From the IMG/VR virus record IMGVR_UViG_3300047548_001236, positions 1 to 64,000 of that record: a stretch of DNA of 64,000 nucleotides; one strand, given 5' to 3'. A program made the translations under genes and the position numbers. Shown piece after piece: positions 1 through 9,711 of the stretch. Under the pieces are notes generated by a model. It was given only the letters and a program-made list of their open reading frames with translations. It searched no databases and had not been told where the DNA came from. Position 1 is the stretch's first letter. Each line of letters begins with the position of its first letter.

Positions 1-1276
1 CTTCTAGATTGTACAGCTTCATCTTCGAACGGTCAATCCCAACAACAAACCGTCTGTAGTAGTTAATGTCACCCCATCGATTCTTCAATTGTTTAATCAT
101 CACCTGGCCAAGATTGTCCAGTTCCTCTGATGTGATAAGAGCGAAGATTGCGTCAGCGGTATGGGTGATACCCATTGATTCGGACGTGTTGGTTAGATCG
201 ACGTCTGAGTTGTCATAGCCAGAACGGTTAAACTGTGAGGATGTGACGATAGCCACATTGAACTCCATTGCAAGACCACGAATCTCTTCTGCGATTGACT
301 TAACAAGAGTATACGAGTTAGCGGTGCCTGCACCCTTCACTCTAGAAGAAGCGCATATATTCAAATAGTCAACTAAAATCACGTCTGGCGTGAAGTTTTT
401 CTTCAAACGCAGTTCGTTCAACAGGTGACGGAAGTGACCCGCATGAGCAGATCCCGTCGGATATTCCTTGATGATCAGCTTGCCTGGCGTCTTGTCCTTA
501 AATCTAGACATCTTCTTCTCCAACACATGCAAAGGAAGATCCTTCACCTGGTCGAGCGTAATGTCCATGATGTTTGCATCAATACGTCTTGCAACCTCTT
601 CTTCTGCAAGTTCCATTGTGATGTACAGCACATTACGACCATACAACAGCTGCTGAGCTGCAATGTGACATTTCACAAGAGATTTACCACCACCAGTCGT
701 TGCCAACAGAACTGTCATCGACTTTCTTGGCAGACCGCCTTTCGTGATCTTGTTAAGCATATCAACGTCAAAATCAAGACGTTCGTCTTTGCGATGGTAG
801 TAGTCATAACGAGCTTCGTACTCCTCAAGGAAGTCGTGACCAATACTCGTGTCAAAGCTGATTCCGAGTGAATCAGAAAGTAGCTTCGGAATTGACCCTT
901 TGTCATACTCTTTGTCTTGACCATCAAGGATCAGAATTGCTCGACGGATCGAGTTATACAGGTCCTTGTCTTGACAGAACTTCTCCGTCTCAGCTACGAG
1001 CCAATCCAGATTTGTATTGGGGTCAACCTTCAACTCGTCGACGGACTGCATGACTTGCTTGAAGCCTTCTTCATTCAAGTCTTTACGTTTATCGAGTGAG
1101 ATTTTCAGGGCTTCGATTGAGGGAGATTGCTTGTATGTGTTGACGTACGAAGCATATGTTGTAAAGATCTTTTTCAGATCGTCTCGATCGAAATATTCTT
1201 CCTTGATATAAGGGAAGACTTTGCGACAGTAATCGTCGTTGTATATCAGGTTTGATATAATGGTTTGTTCTAACAT
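1..1276 (-). CDS. 41: Replicative DNA helicase (T4 gp41/DnaB-like), 3' end runs off the window
   Basis: Manual translation starts MLEQTIISNLIYNDDYCRKVFPYIKEEYF; Walker A-like LATTGGGKS, VDYL and SQFNR motifs; follows uvsX as in T4. Confidence 0.92.
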   Translation of the reverse strand, partial: MLEQTIISNLIYNDDYCRKVFPYIKEEYFDRDDLKKIFTTYASYVNTYKQSPSIEALKISLDKRKDLNEEGFKQVMQSVDELKVDPNTNLDWLVAETEKFCQDKDLYNSIRRAILILDGQDKEYDKGSIPKLLSDSLGISFDTSIGHDFLEEYEARYDYYHRKDERLDFDVDMLNKITKGGLPRKSMTVLLATTGGGKSLVKCHIAAQQLLYGRNVLYITMELAEEEVARRIDANIMDITLDQVKDLPLHVLEKKMSRFKDKTPGKLIIKEYPTGSAHAGHFRHLLNELRLKKNFTPDVILVDYLNICASSRVKGAGTANSYTLVKSIAEEIRGLAMEFNVAIVTSSQFNRSGYDNSDVDLTNTSESMGITHTADAIFALITSEELDNLGQVMIKQLKNRWGDINYYRRFVVGIDRSKMKLYNLE

Positions 1277-1330
1277 TTTCTCTCCTTACTGATGGGTAAT
1301 CAGGTGGGACTATTCATCCCACCTAGTATA

Positions 1331-2398
1331 TCACTCATCGTCGTCAAGATCAATGTCTTCGTCGTCCTGTTCGGTGTCGGATCCATTAGCTGTCAGTTTG
1401 AACCGATTCTCGATGAACTCTTTGAACGTCGGATCCTTGATCAGCTTTGTGAACAACTCAGTATTGTTCTCCAATTCTTTGGATCTGTAGCTCTTTTCTT
1501 CGACTTCACCTGTAGTCATATCCACCAATTGATACCAGCCCTTCTTGGCACTGGTAATGTGACCAGACTCCATAGCAAGGTCGAACAGACCAGACCACTT
1601 CTGGATACCCTTGTTCATCAACACCGTGAACGGTAGCTTGGATTTCTCCTTAACGTAGCGCGACTTTTCAATGTTAATGGTGAACTTGAATCCAGCCAGA
1701 CCCTCGTTATCTTTCTCTTGCGAGCGCGTGATAATAAAGATTTGGTTAGCAGAGTAGTAGATACCCGTACCACCGCTAACGATCGACTTAGGATACATGC
1801 CGATTTCTTTGTAGACGTGGTTGATTGCCAAGCAGGGAATCGACTTGGTTGTCAGGTATGGAGTGACAATGCGGAACAGAGACTTCAAGCTCTTAGCACG
1901 AGACATGTCAGCAACGGACTTCTCATTTTCTGCATCTTCAACTTCTTTCTTTGAAGCCAGGTTACCGATCGAGTCGATCATGATGAACACCTTTTCATTG
2001 GTTTCGACCGCTTGCAGCTTTTGCAACAAGTCGAACTTCAACTGCTCAACGTCGGTAATCGGAATGTGAAGTACGCGATCTGTATCAATGCCAAAACCAG
2101 CAAGATACTCAGGCGTCACACCAAACTCCGAGTCGTAGAACAACGCGATTCCGGTCTCATGTTTATCCAGAAATGCCTTCATGCAATAAAGGGAGAGCAT
2201 CGTCTTGAAGCTCTTCGATTCACCTGCAACAACAGTTAGACCTGGCAGTAAACCACCATCGAGAGTGCCACTAAAAGCGATGTTCAGGATTGGAAGATCG
2301 GTGGGGGTGCTGTCCTTTGCCCCGAAAAATTTTGACTTTGACAACACAGAAGCCGACTTTGTGCTTCCCGTTTTAAGCATCTTTTCTATAAGACTCAT
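1331..2398 (-). CDS. uvsX: RecA-like recombinase UvsX
   Basis: GESKSFKT P-loop, YDSEFG, DSIGNLASKKE, GGTGIYYSA motifs. Confidence 0.95.
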   Translation of the reverse strand: MSLIEKMLKTGSTKSASVLSKSKFFGAKDSTPTDLPILNIAFSGTLDGGLLPGLTVVAGESKSFKTMLSLYCMKAFLDKHETGIALFYDSEFGVTPEYLAGFGIDTDRVLHIPITDVEQLKFDLLQKLQAVETNEKVFIMIDSIGNLASKKEVEDAENEKSVADMSRAKSLKSLFRIVTPYLTTKSIPCLAINHVYKEIGMYPKSIVSGGTGIYYSANQIFIITRSQEKDNEGLAGFKFTINIEKSRYVKEKSKLPFTVLMNKGIQKWSGLFDLAMESGHITSAKKGWYQLVDMTTGEVEEKSYRSKELENNTELFTKLIKDPTFKEFIENRFKLTANGSDTEQDDEDIDLDDDE

Positions 2399-2399
2399 C

Positions 2400-2687
2400 T
2401 CATTTCCCCTCTACGATCGCTTGAAGTTTCTTTTTGTATGCTTCGATTTTCGCAGCTCGGTCGGGCCAATGAATGCTTGGCTTATCAGCGTCGCGGCTGA
2501 GGTTATCCAACAGTGGAAGAATAGCTGCATGCAATTTATGCAGTCTATTTGTCAGATCTTCAATTTTCTGTTGGCTTGTTTGTTGCTCAGCTTCGAGTCT
2601 ATCTACCTCGACGCGTATCTGCGATGTGTCATCAGCAAAGCTGAATCCGAAATCGAAGTCTTCGATTCTATCAATATGTTTTACCAT
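2400..2687 (-). CDS. Hypothetical coiled-coil protein
   Basis: 95-aa ORF tightly packed between gp32 and uvsX. Confidence 0.7.
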   Translation of the reverse strand: MVKHIDRIEDFDFGFSFADDTSQIRVEVDRLEAEQQTSQQKIEDLTNRLHKLHAAILPLLDNLSRDADKPSIHWPDRAAKIEAYKKKLQAIVEGK

Positions 2688-2737
2688 GTTTGAATGTTTA
2701 TGGGTGGAGCACTATGTACCCCACCCATAATCCCTAC

Positions 2738-3706
2738 TTAGGTGCGAGCTGCCAGAGTCTTGAAGTATTCAAGGTCGTCATCGTCTTCACCGCTCGAAGT
2801 GATCGACGGACCTTCGTCCTCCTTGATCTTAGGAGCAGGAGCCGACTTCATTTGAGGCTTGCTCAGTTTGCTCATATCAATTTCGTCATCGACGTCGTCT
2901 TCAAAGGTCGTGGCAGGAGCCGACTGAGAAGCACCAGCATCGGACGATACACCGAGTACTCGATGCAGACGAGCCTGCAGTTCATCGTAAGGCTTGAAGT
3001 TGTGAGGAGCGATAACATCCTTCAACGGATGGCATTGCTTCCAAATAGCTTCCATACGGTCGTCGTCCTCGAACAGAGCGCCAGGCGAGTCGAATTCAGA
3101 CTTATCGTAGTTAGGATATCCGTCAACAACACGGATCTTGAGGCGGAAGTTTGCACCTTCCCACAGATCGAACGGATTGACCTTTTCCTCGTCTTCGAAC
3201 GAAGGGTTCATCAGCTCGTTCAACTTATCGTACACCTTCTTACCGTACTTGAACAAGAACACTTTACCCTCATTTTCAGGATTACCGGTGTCTTTGATCA
3301 CGTAGATGTTGGAAATGTAGTGCAGACGACGCTTCTGCTTGCGGACTTGCTTGCGCTGGGGCGATTCGTCGTCAGTTGTAGAGTTCCACAGCTTTGCGTT
3401 CAGCTCAGCAACGGGATCGGGCTCGTCCATGCTGATAGTTTTGCGAGAGTTCTCGATATACCATTGGCCAGTGGGACCTTGGAAAGCATGATCCCACAGA
3501 CGAACGAAGGGGAAATCTTCTCCATCAGGTTCAGGAAGGAATCGGATAATCGCGAAGGCGTTGCCAGCTTGATCTCGAGTGGGCTTCCAGTACTTGTCCG
3601 CTTCTGGATTGGTGTAGCCCTTATTGCCTATCTTTTGAAGCTGCTCGGTCAGCTTTTCAAAGGCTTTGTTGCGGTTCTTCTTAAGCGATGCGAAAGATGA
3701 TGTCAT
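2738..3706 (-). CDS. 32: Single-stranded DNA-binding protein gp32
   Basis: AIIRFLP, WYIENS, FKYGKK, NPFDLWEGANF motifs; acidic tail. Confidence 0.95.
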   Translation of the reverse strand: MTSSFASLKKNRNKAFEKLTEQLQKIGNKGYTNPEADKYWKPTRDQAGNAFAIIRFLPEPDGEDFPFVRLWDHAFQGPTGQWYIENSRKTISMDEPDPVAELNAKLWNSTTDDESPQRKQVRKQKRRLHYISNIYVIKDTGNPENEGKVFLFKYGKKVYDKLNELMNPSFEDEEKVNPFDLWEGANFRLKIRVVDGYPNYDKSEFDSPGALFEDDDRMEAIWKQCHPLKDVIAPHNFKPYDELQARLHRVLGVSSDAGASQSAPATTFEDDVDDEIDMSKLSKPQMKSAPAPKIKEDEGPSITSSGEDDDDLEYFKTLAART

Positions 3707-3768
3707 TATGTGTCTCCTTATGTATAGACGGTGTATGTTTCGATGTATGTTCGTTGTATTACCGACTT

Positions 3769-4395
3769 CTAATGTTCGGCTTCGTATTTATGCTGTCCCA
3801 CATAGGTTTTGAGCAATGTAGCAAACTTTTTTTTGTCCACCTTGATGAAGGGAAGATACTTCGTTGCTAGCTTGATTGCATCCTGTGCAACAACGTCATA
3901 CTCCAACTGTTGCTTCCAATATGGAAAAACATTGGTAATGTGAGTCAGGATCGTAAAGAACTCCAGTGATATCTGGTTTCTAAACAGCAACGTAATTACA
4001 TACGGATGTGATCCATTAGCCACGGTGAAGTTGTCTTCCAATGTGGGTTTGAGCTTGTTTAGCTCGCTCGTGAAATGGTGAGTCAAACCATCAATTTTTC
4101 TCTTCCATTCCACGTACACCTGTTCGGCTGACTCTTCGCAGAGATCGCGGACCCATATGTTCGGATCCTTGATCAGATTTGCGAGAATGAGGTCGTTCCA
4201 ATTCCTGTTCTTCGATAGCTTGAAAAAGAAGTATGCGTCGCTTCTTGTTTGGAACGAGTCGAACGATGCTTTCACCTTACCATGGTATTTGTGAAAATCA
4301 TACGATTCAGTGGTGAAGTGCCTTTTCAAAGCTAGATATTTCAGGTATACGTCAAACGACTCTTTAGTCGCAAAGTTGACGGGGAGCGTTGTCAT
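3769..4395 (-). CDS. 59: Helicase loader gp59
   Basis: YLKYLALKRHF...YDFHKYHGK N-terminus; 33-59-32 synteny. Confidence 0.9.
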   Translation of the reverse strand: MTTLPVNFATKESFDVYLKYLALKRHFTTESYDFHKYHGKVKASFDSFQTRSDAYFFFKLSKNRNWNDLILANLIKDPNIWVRDLCEESAEQVYVEWKRKIDGLTHHFTSELNKLKPTLEDNFTVANGSHPYVITLLFRNQISLEFFTILTHITNVFPYWKQQLEYDVVAQDAIKLATKYLPFIKVDKKKFATLLKTYVGQHKYEAEH

Positions 4396-4609
4396 CTGGT
4401 TTTACCAATCTCATCTTGATAGCTTCGGACTTGATCTTTTCTTTCATGATCTGCGACCGCTTGACTATCTCTGCAACGGTTTCGATCTCAAGGTTGTGCT
4501 TGCTTGCATATTCAACAAGCGCATCGATATACGAAACCCCACGTGATAGGTATTCTGCAATTTCGTGATGTATTTTCTCTGGTGTGCGGGGTTCTATCAT
4601 TGGCATCAT
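4364..4609 (-). CDS. 33: Late transcription coactivator gp33
   Basis: SYIDALVEYA...EIETVA...KEKIKSEA motif; synteny. Confidence 0.85.
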   Translation of the reverse strand: MMPMIEPRTPEKIHHEIAEYLSRGVSYIDALVEYASKHNLEIETVAEIVKRSQIMKEKIKSEAIKMRLVKPDDNAPRQLCD

Positions 4610-4881
4610 CCGTTCAACGTTTTGATGCCATCAATCCAATTCTCAACAGCGTCTTTGACGTAATGGATTGACCTAGCTGAAAAGTCTTCGGTCTTGAACT
4701 TCTCGCCGGTAGGTTTATAGTACTCAACGATATATCCAGATTGGTTCTGGTGTATCTCTGCTTTGTATTGACCCTCTGGGGTCTCTTTGAAATATGACGT
4801 TAGAAACACTCTATTCTCCTGTGTTGTTTTTGGCCATGAACCCAAGCCGAGGACGCTCGATAAACCCATCAGCGTCGTCAA
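4606..4881 (-). CDS. Hypothetical protein (true start probably further downstream)
   Basis: ORF in operon. Confidence 0.55.
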   Translation of the reverse strand: MTTLMGLSSVLGLGSWPKTTQENRVFLTSYFKETPEGQYKAEIHQNQSGYIVEYYKPTGEKFKTEDFSARSIHYVKDAVENWIDGIKTLNG

Positions 4882-5464
4882 AGCTCTCTATATAGATATA
4901 CCCTAACTCCTTGAAATGTTCAACAATTTCCTGCTCGTTCTGCCAAATTGGAATCAACTCGTCGTATTGAGGGTCGGGTGAATGTCTCAAATGAACCTCG
5001 ATCACTTTATCGCCTATAAACTCAACGTTGATACGGGTGATGTTGTGATCGGCTGGTTCTTCGAAAAACAAGCTGGTCAAAGGTGGAAGATCGTGAATCC
5101 TCGTCCATTTCTTGAACTTGTAGAGGTTGTCAGCATCAACAGACGCTTCCCAACCCGAAACAGGAACCCATTTACCTTCCCATTGATAGTCAACAGAAAT
5201 CTGACGTCCTTGAAACTCTTCACACCAAAAATATCCGGGTGGGACAACCGTTGCATCGTCAGCATGAATCCACTTGATACGAGCACCGGCTGACATCCCA
5301 ACAATGTTCATCACTGGTCGGATCACGTAGGCAGCTGATGTTTTTGGAGCTATTCCAGCAGGTCCACAATAGTAGCCGAGCTCCTCAGCTAGCCACAGTT
5401 TGTTGAACCAATGTCTCAAACCAGGATACTTTTGATACGCTTCGATGTCCGTTGTAGCCATCAC
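4811..5464 (-). CDS. Conserved phage protein, possibly ATP-grasp-like
   Basis: WFNKLWLAEELGYYCGPAG; INVEFIGDKVIEVHLR resembles an ATP-grasp C-terminal strand. Confidence 0.55.
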   Translation of the reverse strand: MMATTDIEAYQKYPGLRHWFNKLWLAEELGYYCGPAGIAPKTSAAYVIRPVMNIVGMSAGARIKWIHADDATVVPPGYFWCEEFQGRQISVDYQWEGKWVPVSGWEASVDADNLYKFKKWTRIHDLPPLTSLFFEEPADHNITRINVEFIGDKVIEVHLRHSPDPQYDELIPIWQNEQEIVEHFKELGYIYIESFDDADGFIERPRLGFMAKNNTGE

Positions 5465-6126
5465 TCAACCTCTGGGAATAAACATTTGCTTACGAAGTAA
5501 TCGACGTCTTGCTCGTCAAGACCCAACGCTTTCATTGTTCTAGGCGTGTGGGGATTCTGCTTCTGAAAATAAGCGTAGCGGTTGTGCGCATACGAAGAAG
5601 GCATGTCGTCCTCCACGTTCATAATGTTTACATACCAACGGGTGTTGGCCGTCACTAGCGAGACCACATCCTCAATTTCCTTTTCTGTTTGAATGTTGCC
5701 AGCGGCAATCATACTACCAGAAAAAATCGCACGAGCCCAATCAGGCAACTCGCGGTTTTTCGACCAGTTGTATTTTGACGCAACATCGGAAAAGTATTTT
5801 AACGCAGGGTCATTCAAATTGACAGGAGAGAAGTCGTGAAACGCTCCTGTTACTTTTGTCGGGCCAGATATCACATCAAACCCGTATATAGGAGCTCCTG
5901 ACTGCAGGTTTGGGAATATACACACGTGCATCATCCACAGCTTCTTACTTTCGCGAGCGTCGACAACGTCAATGTGAGCGCGTCGAAACTTGTCCGACTT
6001 CCATGTCAGATTGACCCACCCAGGACGATTGAACCTATCCATCTGATCCTCTTGATACCTTTCAAGGGATCGATCAAAAATAGTTTCAATCTCCCTTTGG
6101 AGCTTTATTAGAGGATCCCACATCAT
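5461..6126 (-). CDS. pcyX: Ferredoxin-dependent bilin reductase (PcyX/PcyA-like)
   Basis: FRRAHI, MMHVCIFP, PIYGFD, GAFHDFSP, LPDWARAIFS, QKQNPHT motifs; adjacent to heme oxygenase. Confidence 0.8.
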   Translation of the reverse strand: MMWDPLIKLQREIETIFDRSLERYQEDQMDRFNRPGWVNLTWKSDKFRRAHIDVVDARESKKLWMMHVCIFPNLQSGAPIYGFDVISGPTKVTGAFHDFSPVNLNDPALKYFSDVASKYNWSKNRELPDWARAIFSGSMIAAGNIQTEKEIEDVVSLVTANTRWYVNIMNVEDDMPSSYAHNRYAYFQKQNPHTPRTMKALGLDEQDVDYFVSKCLFPEVE

Positions 6127-6670
6127 TGAATTCTTGCTCCAATTCTTCAAAAAACTCGTATATCATGTCGAAACAGCGGTTAGCCTCATCTGCCATCCCG
6201 TCGTGCAGTTTATCGCGGATTTTCTGTTTGAGAACGTCCACGTCTTCGTCAAACTGGTAGTGGAGTCCTGAACCAGGCACTAACTTACGAAGGATTTGAC
6301 CTCCAGAAAGATCGCCCATATGTCTGACGTAGATATGAGCCATCAATCTGTCAGGTTCTGACGAAATTGACCCTACATAGTCAATGTATCTATCAATGGA
6401 CTTGAGATGTTTAGGGATAGAGAACCCATGTTCTCTTTCAAGCTCAGTTAGATCTTTGGATATCTGATTCGATCTCTTGATGACCTCAATCCCATTCAAC
6501 AAACCTTTGTTTGTGGCTGCTGATTCAAGAACGTAATAGCACAACAGTTGGTTAGATAGATAGACGTAGTACTGGTAAGGAGTTATCTCCTTTTTGATCA
6601 TACGTCTGACAAAATTTGATCGCTCGGCTCTCTTGTGATTTTCAAGCGTCAGTTCTTTCAAATTATTCAT
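6086..6670 (-). CDS. hemO: Heme oxygenase
   Basis: LKELTLENHKRAE proximal His; AHIYVRHMGDLSGGQIL. Confidence 0.9.
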   Translation of the reverse strand: MNNLKELTLENHKRAERSNFVRRMIKKEITPYQYYVYLSNQLLCYYVLESAATNKGLLNGIEVIKRSNQISKDLTELEREHGFSIPKHLKSIDRYIDYVGSISSEPDRLMAHIYVRHMGDLSGGQILRKLVPGSGLHYQFDEDVDVLKQKIRDKLHDGMADEANRCFDMIYEFFEELEQEFNDVGSSNKAPKGD

Positions 6671-6879
6671 GGTTTGCATATGTTTGTGCTCGGTAATACC
6701 AAAGACGTGAGCTCTTTCGTGAACACAACAGCGTTGTTGGTTATCACTTTGCAAAGCTCGGTTTGTTTATCGACAAATTCGTGAAGGCCTTTACGGATCA
6801 CATCGTTGGTGACTGTTGCATCCACGAATTGTTTTTTCGACTGCTGAATATAGTCGATTGTCCAGTTAACGTTTAACAT
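6667..6879 (-). CDS. Hypothetical helical protein
   Basis: ORF starting MLNVNWTID with GGAG SD. Confidence 0.55.
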   Translation of the reverse strand: MLNVNWTIDYIQQSKKQFVDATVTNDVIRKGLHEFVDKQTELCKVITNNAVVFTKELTSLVLPSTNICKP

Positions 6880-6933
6880 GGTGTTAACTCCTAGCAGGGC
6901 GAGTAACACTATGCTACTCGCCCTATATTTATG

Positions 6934-7218
6934 TTACCTTGAAGATTTATCGTTTCTCACATAACGCGTGGCGTTTGTGGCGGAACTGCTATCTGATACG
7001 AAGTTGTATAGAGCAGATGCCTTGGCTACAAGATCTTCTGGAGTATACATCTTAGGTGCGTTATCGACCGCACCATTAAGTGCTCCAATGTCGACTTGTT
7101 TAGCAGCTTCGATCTGATGGTAGTACTTCTGAGCGTTGAGCTCAAGCTCTTTGTCCATCATCTCTTGAGCCATCTTGAGAACGTCAAGCCGAATCTCGAA
7201 AGGGTTCTTATTGGTCAT
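6934..7218 (-). CDS. Conserved hypothetical phage protein
   Basis: KNPFEIRLDVLKMA...A.ALYNFVS. Confidence 0.65.
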   Translation of the reverse strand: MTNKNPFEIRLDVLKMAQEMMDKELELNAQKYYHQIEAAKQVDIGALNGAVDNAPKMYTPEDLVAKASALYNFVSDSSSATNATRYVRNDKSSR

Positions 7219-8047
7219 CTTTCGTTACCGCCGATTGACGCTCTAGGTCAGTGAAGCCCATGGAAGCATATGTTGCAGATGTTTCCATTCCCGATGCATA
7301 AGCCGACTTCATACGAGTCGTCATAGCCGAAGCTGCACGGATCGTGTTTGCTGTTCCGTGTGTATCATACTGCATTGTGTTGTTGACGTTGAACCCAAGC
7401 GCGGAGCCAGCGTGGAACGCATTGATGTTAGCTCCGAGGAATATGAAGCCCCAGTTCTTGGCTTCCGCCTTTTCGACCATCGTTTTGATGTCATCATTAC
7501 GGAAAGTGCGAGATGAATTCTCTTCTCCGTCCGTGAGAACGGTGACGATCACCGATTCACGATCCGCTTTCTTAACCTTTGAAAGTTGCTCGTTGATTTT
7601 CATCATCACACCGCCCATTGCATCAAGCAGATTGGTGCCACCGCGAGGATTGTAGCTGTTGTGATCGAGCGGATTCACGTCTTTGACATTGACATGGTCA
7701 ATCGTGCATTTGACGGATGAACCATCAAACTTATATAGCGAGACAAACGTTTCGATTCCACTCTTTTCAGCGTCGACTTTTTGACCATCGAGGAATTCGT
7801 TGAATCCGGAAATGGTGTTGTCTCGGCAGCTCTGCATTGAGCTCGAGTCATCAAGAACAAAGATGATGTGGGAGGTTTTCTTGCCAGCCTTCTTGGGCTT
7901 GAACGCTTCCCCGAGAGTCGGCTTCGCTTGAACCGTCTGAGGAGCTTGTTGCACAACTGTGTGCGGGAGAATCGTAGTAGTTATATGAGGAGTTTGTACA
8001 ATTGACGGGTTGATCAAATTGTGGTAGGGGTAGTTTATATATGTCAT
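7208..8047 (-). CDS. von Willebrand factor A (MIDAS) domain protein
   Basis: FVLDDSSSM, GGTNLLDA, LTDGEENSS. Confidence 0.88.
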   Translation of the reverse strand: MTYINYPYHNLINPSIVQTPHITTTILPHTVVQQAPQTVQAKPTLGEAFKPKKAGKKTSHIIFVLDDSSSMQSCRDNTISGFNEFLDGQKVDAEKSGIETFVSLYKFDGSSVKCTIDHVNVKDVNPLDHNSYNPRGGTNLLDAMGGVMMKINEQLSKVKKADRESVIVTVLTDGEENSSRTFRNDDIKTMVEKAEAKNWGFIFLGANINAFHAGSALGFNVNNTMQYDTHGTANTIRAASAMTTRMKSAYASGMETSATYASMGFTDLERQSAVTKDDQ

Positions 8048-8108
8048 TTAGACCATAACCTTTCTGTGTTGTGTTGTGTGTTGTATTTTTCACAGAATCA
8101 TAATAAAC

Positions 8109-8168
8109 GTCACCGTTTCTGTTTCGAGGTAGGTGACCCACCCAAGAGAATCAGGCTGCGAGAGCCAT
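8109..8168 (-). pseudogene. Displaced 3' remnant of a tmRNA coding piece (...MALAA* plus pseudoknot)
   Basis: ATG GCT CTC GCA GCC TGA followed by GGGTGGGTCACCTACCTC...GGTGAC, which can form a pseudoknot. Confidence 0.6.
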
Positions 8169-8244
8169 GATATTATAAATAAGTATGGTTCGCGGATTTC
8201 GTGGTAGTCATCCCAACCATTCTAGAAACAATAGGAGTCCCAGC

Positions 8245-9036
8245 ATGTCTATTTATACACCTTATACCTATCTTATAGGATGGTCTTCAATAAGTAAATA
8301 TTATTATGGCGTCCGTTTTGCGAAAAACTGCCACCCAAGTGATTTGTGGGTGAAGTACTTCACCTCTTCCAAAACCGTAGCTGAATACCGTAAACTTTAC
8401 GGTGAGCCTGACGTGATTGAGGTTCGAAAAACATTCACAGATAAACACTCGGCAATTTTGTGGGAGGAGAGAGTGCTCCGAAAACTAGATATCAAGCACA
8501 ACGAAAAGATGCTTAATGCGAACGTTGCAGGCGCAATCGTGAAGAATCTTGATCACGCAAAAGGAAGACCGAGTAAACTCAGAGGCAGATATTGGACGGA
8601 GGAACAGAAAGCGAAGCTCAGAAAACCAAAATCAGTCCCTAGTCCGTTAAAGGGAAAACAATTGACAGATGAACATAAAGAGAAGCTCCGTGCTGCTAAA
8701 CGCGACTATAAACCGTGGAACGCTGGCAAAACTGGCCTACAGAGTCATTCGAGCGAAACAAAAGAAAAAATGCGGATGGCTAAGATCAAGTCAAAAGTCA
8801 TTATATTTTCAGAATGCCCTTGCTGTAAGGAAATAAAAGTTAAGCCAAATCAAACTTTCTGTAGCAATTCGTGTAGAGCGAAACACAACGCACAAAAATT
8901 ATCAGCTCAGGGAAAATTTGGATTTCAGAACAAGTCTAACCAAGATGCTGCGCAGTTAGCTAGAAGGCCCGTTGGGTTATACGGTGGAGCCCATACCGCA
9001 GACTCAATCAAGCAGCTAGGCGAACCTGTGGCTTGA
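8245..9036 (+). CDS. Homing endonuclease, GIY-YIG-like with NUMOD3 repeats
   Basis: YTYLIGW...YYYGVR, HSSETKEKMR repeats; late promoter TATAAATA at 8174-8181; antisense to its neighbours. Confidence 0.8.
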   Translation: MSIYTPYTYLIGWSSISKYYYGVRFAKNCHPSDLWVKYFTSSKTVAEYRKLYGEPDVIEVRKTFTDKHSAILWEERVLRKLDIKHNEKMLNANVAGAIVKNLDHAKGRPSKLRGRYWTEEQKAKLRKPKSVPSPLKGKQLTDEHKEKLRAAKRDYKPWNAGKTGLQSHSSETKEKMRMAKIKSKVIIFSECPCCKEIKVKPNQTFCSNSCRAKHNAQKLSAQGKFGFQNKSNQDAAQLARRPVGLYGGAHTADSIKQLGEPVA

Positions 9037-9336
9037 AATTATCGTTTGCAATGTTTGTTGCAGTTATTATTGTCTTCGCGGTAACGGCGCTTAGATCCCG
9101 GTAGCTCCATCCTGCCTAGTCCGCCTGTCGATCCTATTTCGAGCCCATCAAAGATACACTTGCTGATATCCTGTTAGATTTCAACTTGACCCACTACAGA
9201 TCAAAGTATCTAACACCGCTTCCGTTATCAGTCCGGTAGGTAGTTAACCTGTTTCCTTTGGCAAGTGTATCTATGGTGGACCCGCTGGGTACCGCCCCCA
9301 GGTCCAGAACGTGTTCAGTGAATATCATCACTACAA
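8962..9336 (-). ncRNA. ssrA: Circularly permuted (two-piece) tmRNA
   Basis: Acceptor piece ends GGGGGCGGTACCCAGCGGGTCCACCA (9274); intervening segment 9147-9273; coding piece starts GGGCTCGAAATAGGATCGAC (9146); tag ANDNFKPQVRLAA* (9008-9049); G3.U70 pair. Confidence 0.93.
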
Positions 9337-9339
9337 TTG

Positions 9340-9370
9340 TATTTATACTAGATCATGCTGAACAAGTCAA
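9340..9370 (-). promoter_or_regulatory. Overlapping sigma70-type (TTGACT-17-TATAAA) and T4 late (TATAAATA) promoter for tmRNA
   Basis: TTGACTTGTTCAGCATGATCTAGTATAAATA. Confidence 0.75.
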
Positions 9371-9500
9371 CCGCGATCGTATCTTCTTTGCTTTTCTTCG
9401 TAGGTGTCGTATCTTTCGGTCTCGCTTCCCATCAACTCCTCCTATGAAAAGAGGGGCTAACCATTGGCCCCTCACGAGTCTATTACGCGACCAGACGTAT

Positions 9501-9695
9501 TTATGCGTTCACCTTGCTGTTATAGAAGGCGATCACTTGTTTATCGAGAGCGGTGAGGGGTTGAGCAAACGGTGCTCCAAAACTTTCAAGCTTTTGAGAC
9601 ACCCTTGAAAGCGCATTTGCTATCTCATGGTTTGGGTATGTAGAAGCCATTTCAGCCATACCAAAAGCAAGAGTTCTTGCTATGTTCTGATTCAT
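9501..9695 (-). CDS. Hypothetical protein
   Basis: 64-aa ORF with GGAG SD. Confidence 0.6.
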   Translation of the reverse strand: MNQNIARTLAFGMAEMASTYPNHEIANALSRVSQKLESFGAPFAQPLTALDKQVIAFYNSKVNA

Positions 9696-9711
9696 GATAT
9701 CTCCAGGTCAA

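Noticed and set aside
425-3700. Long plus-strand ORFs (e.g. 2690-3700) opposite replication genes
   Set aside because: Antisense shadows of gp41, uvsX and gp32 with no protein motifs; the same applies to most plus-strand ORFs in the track
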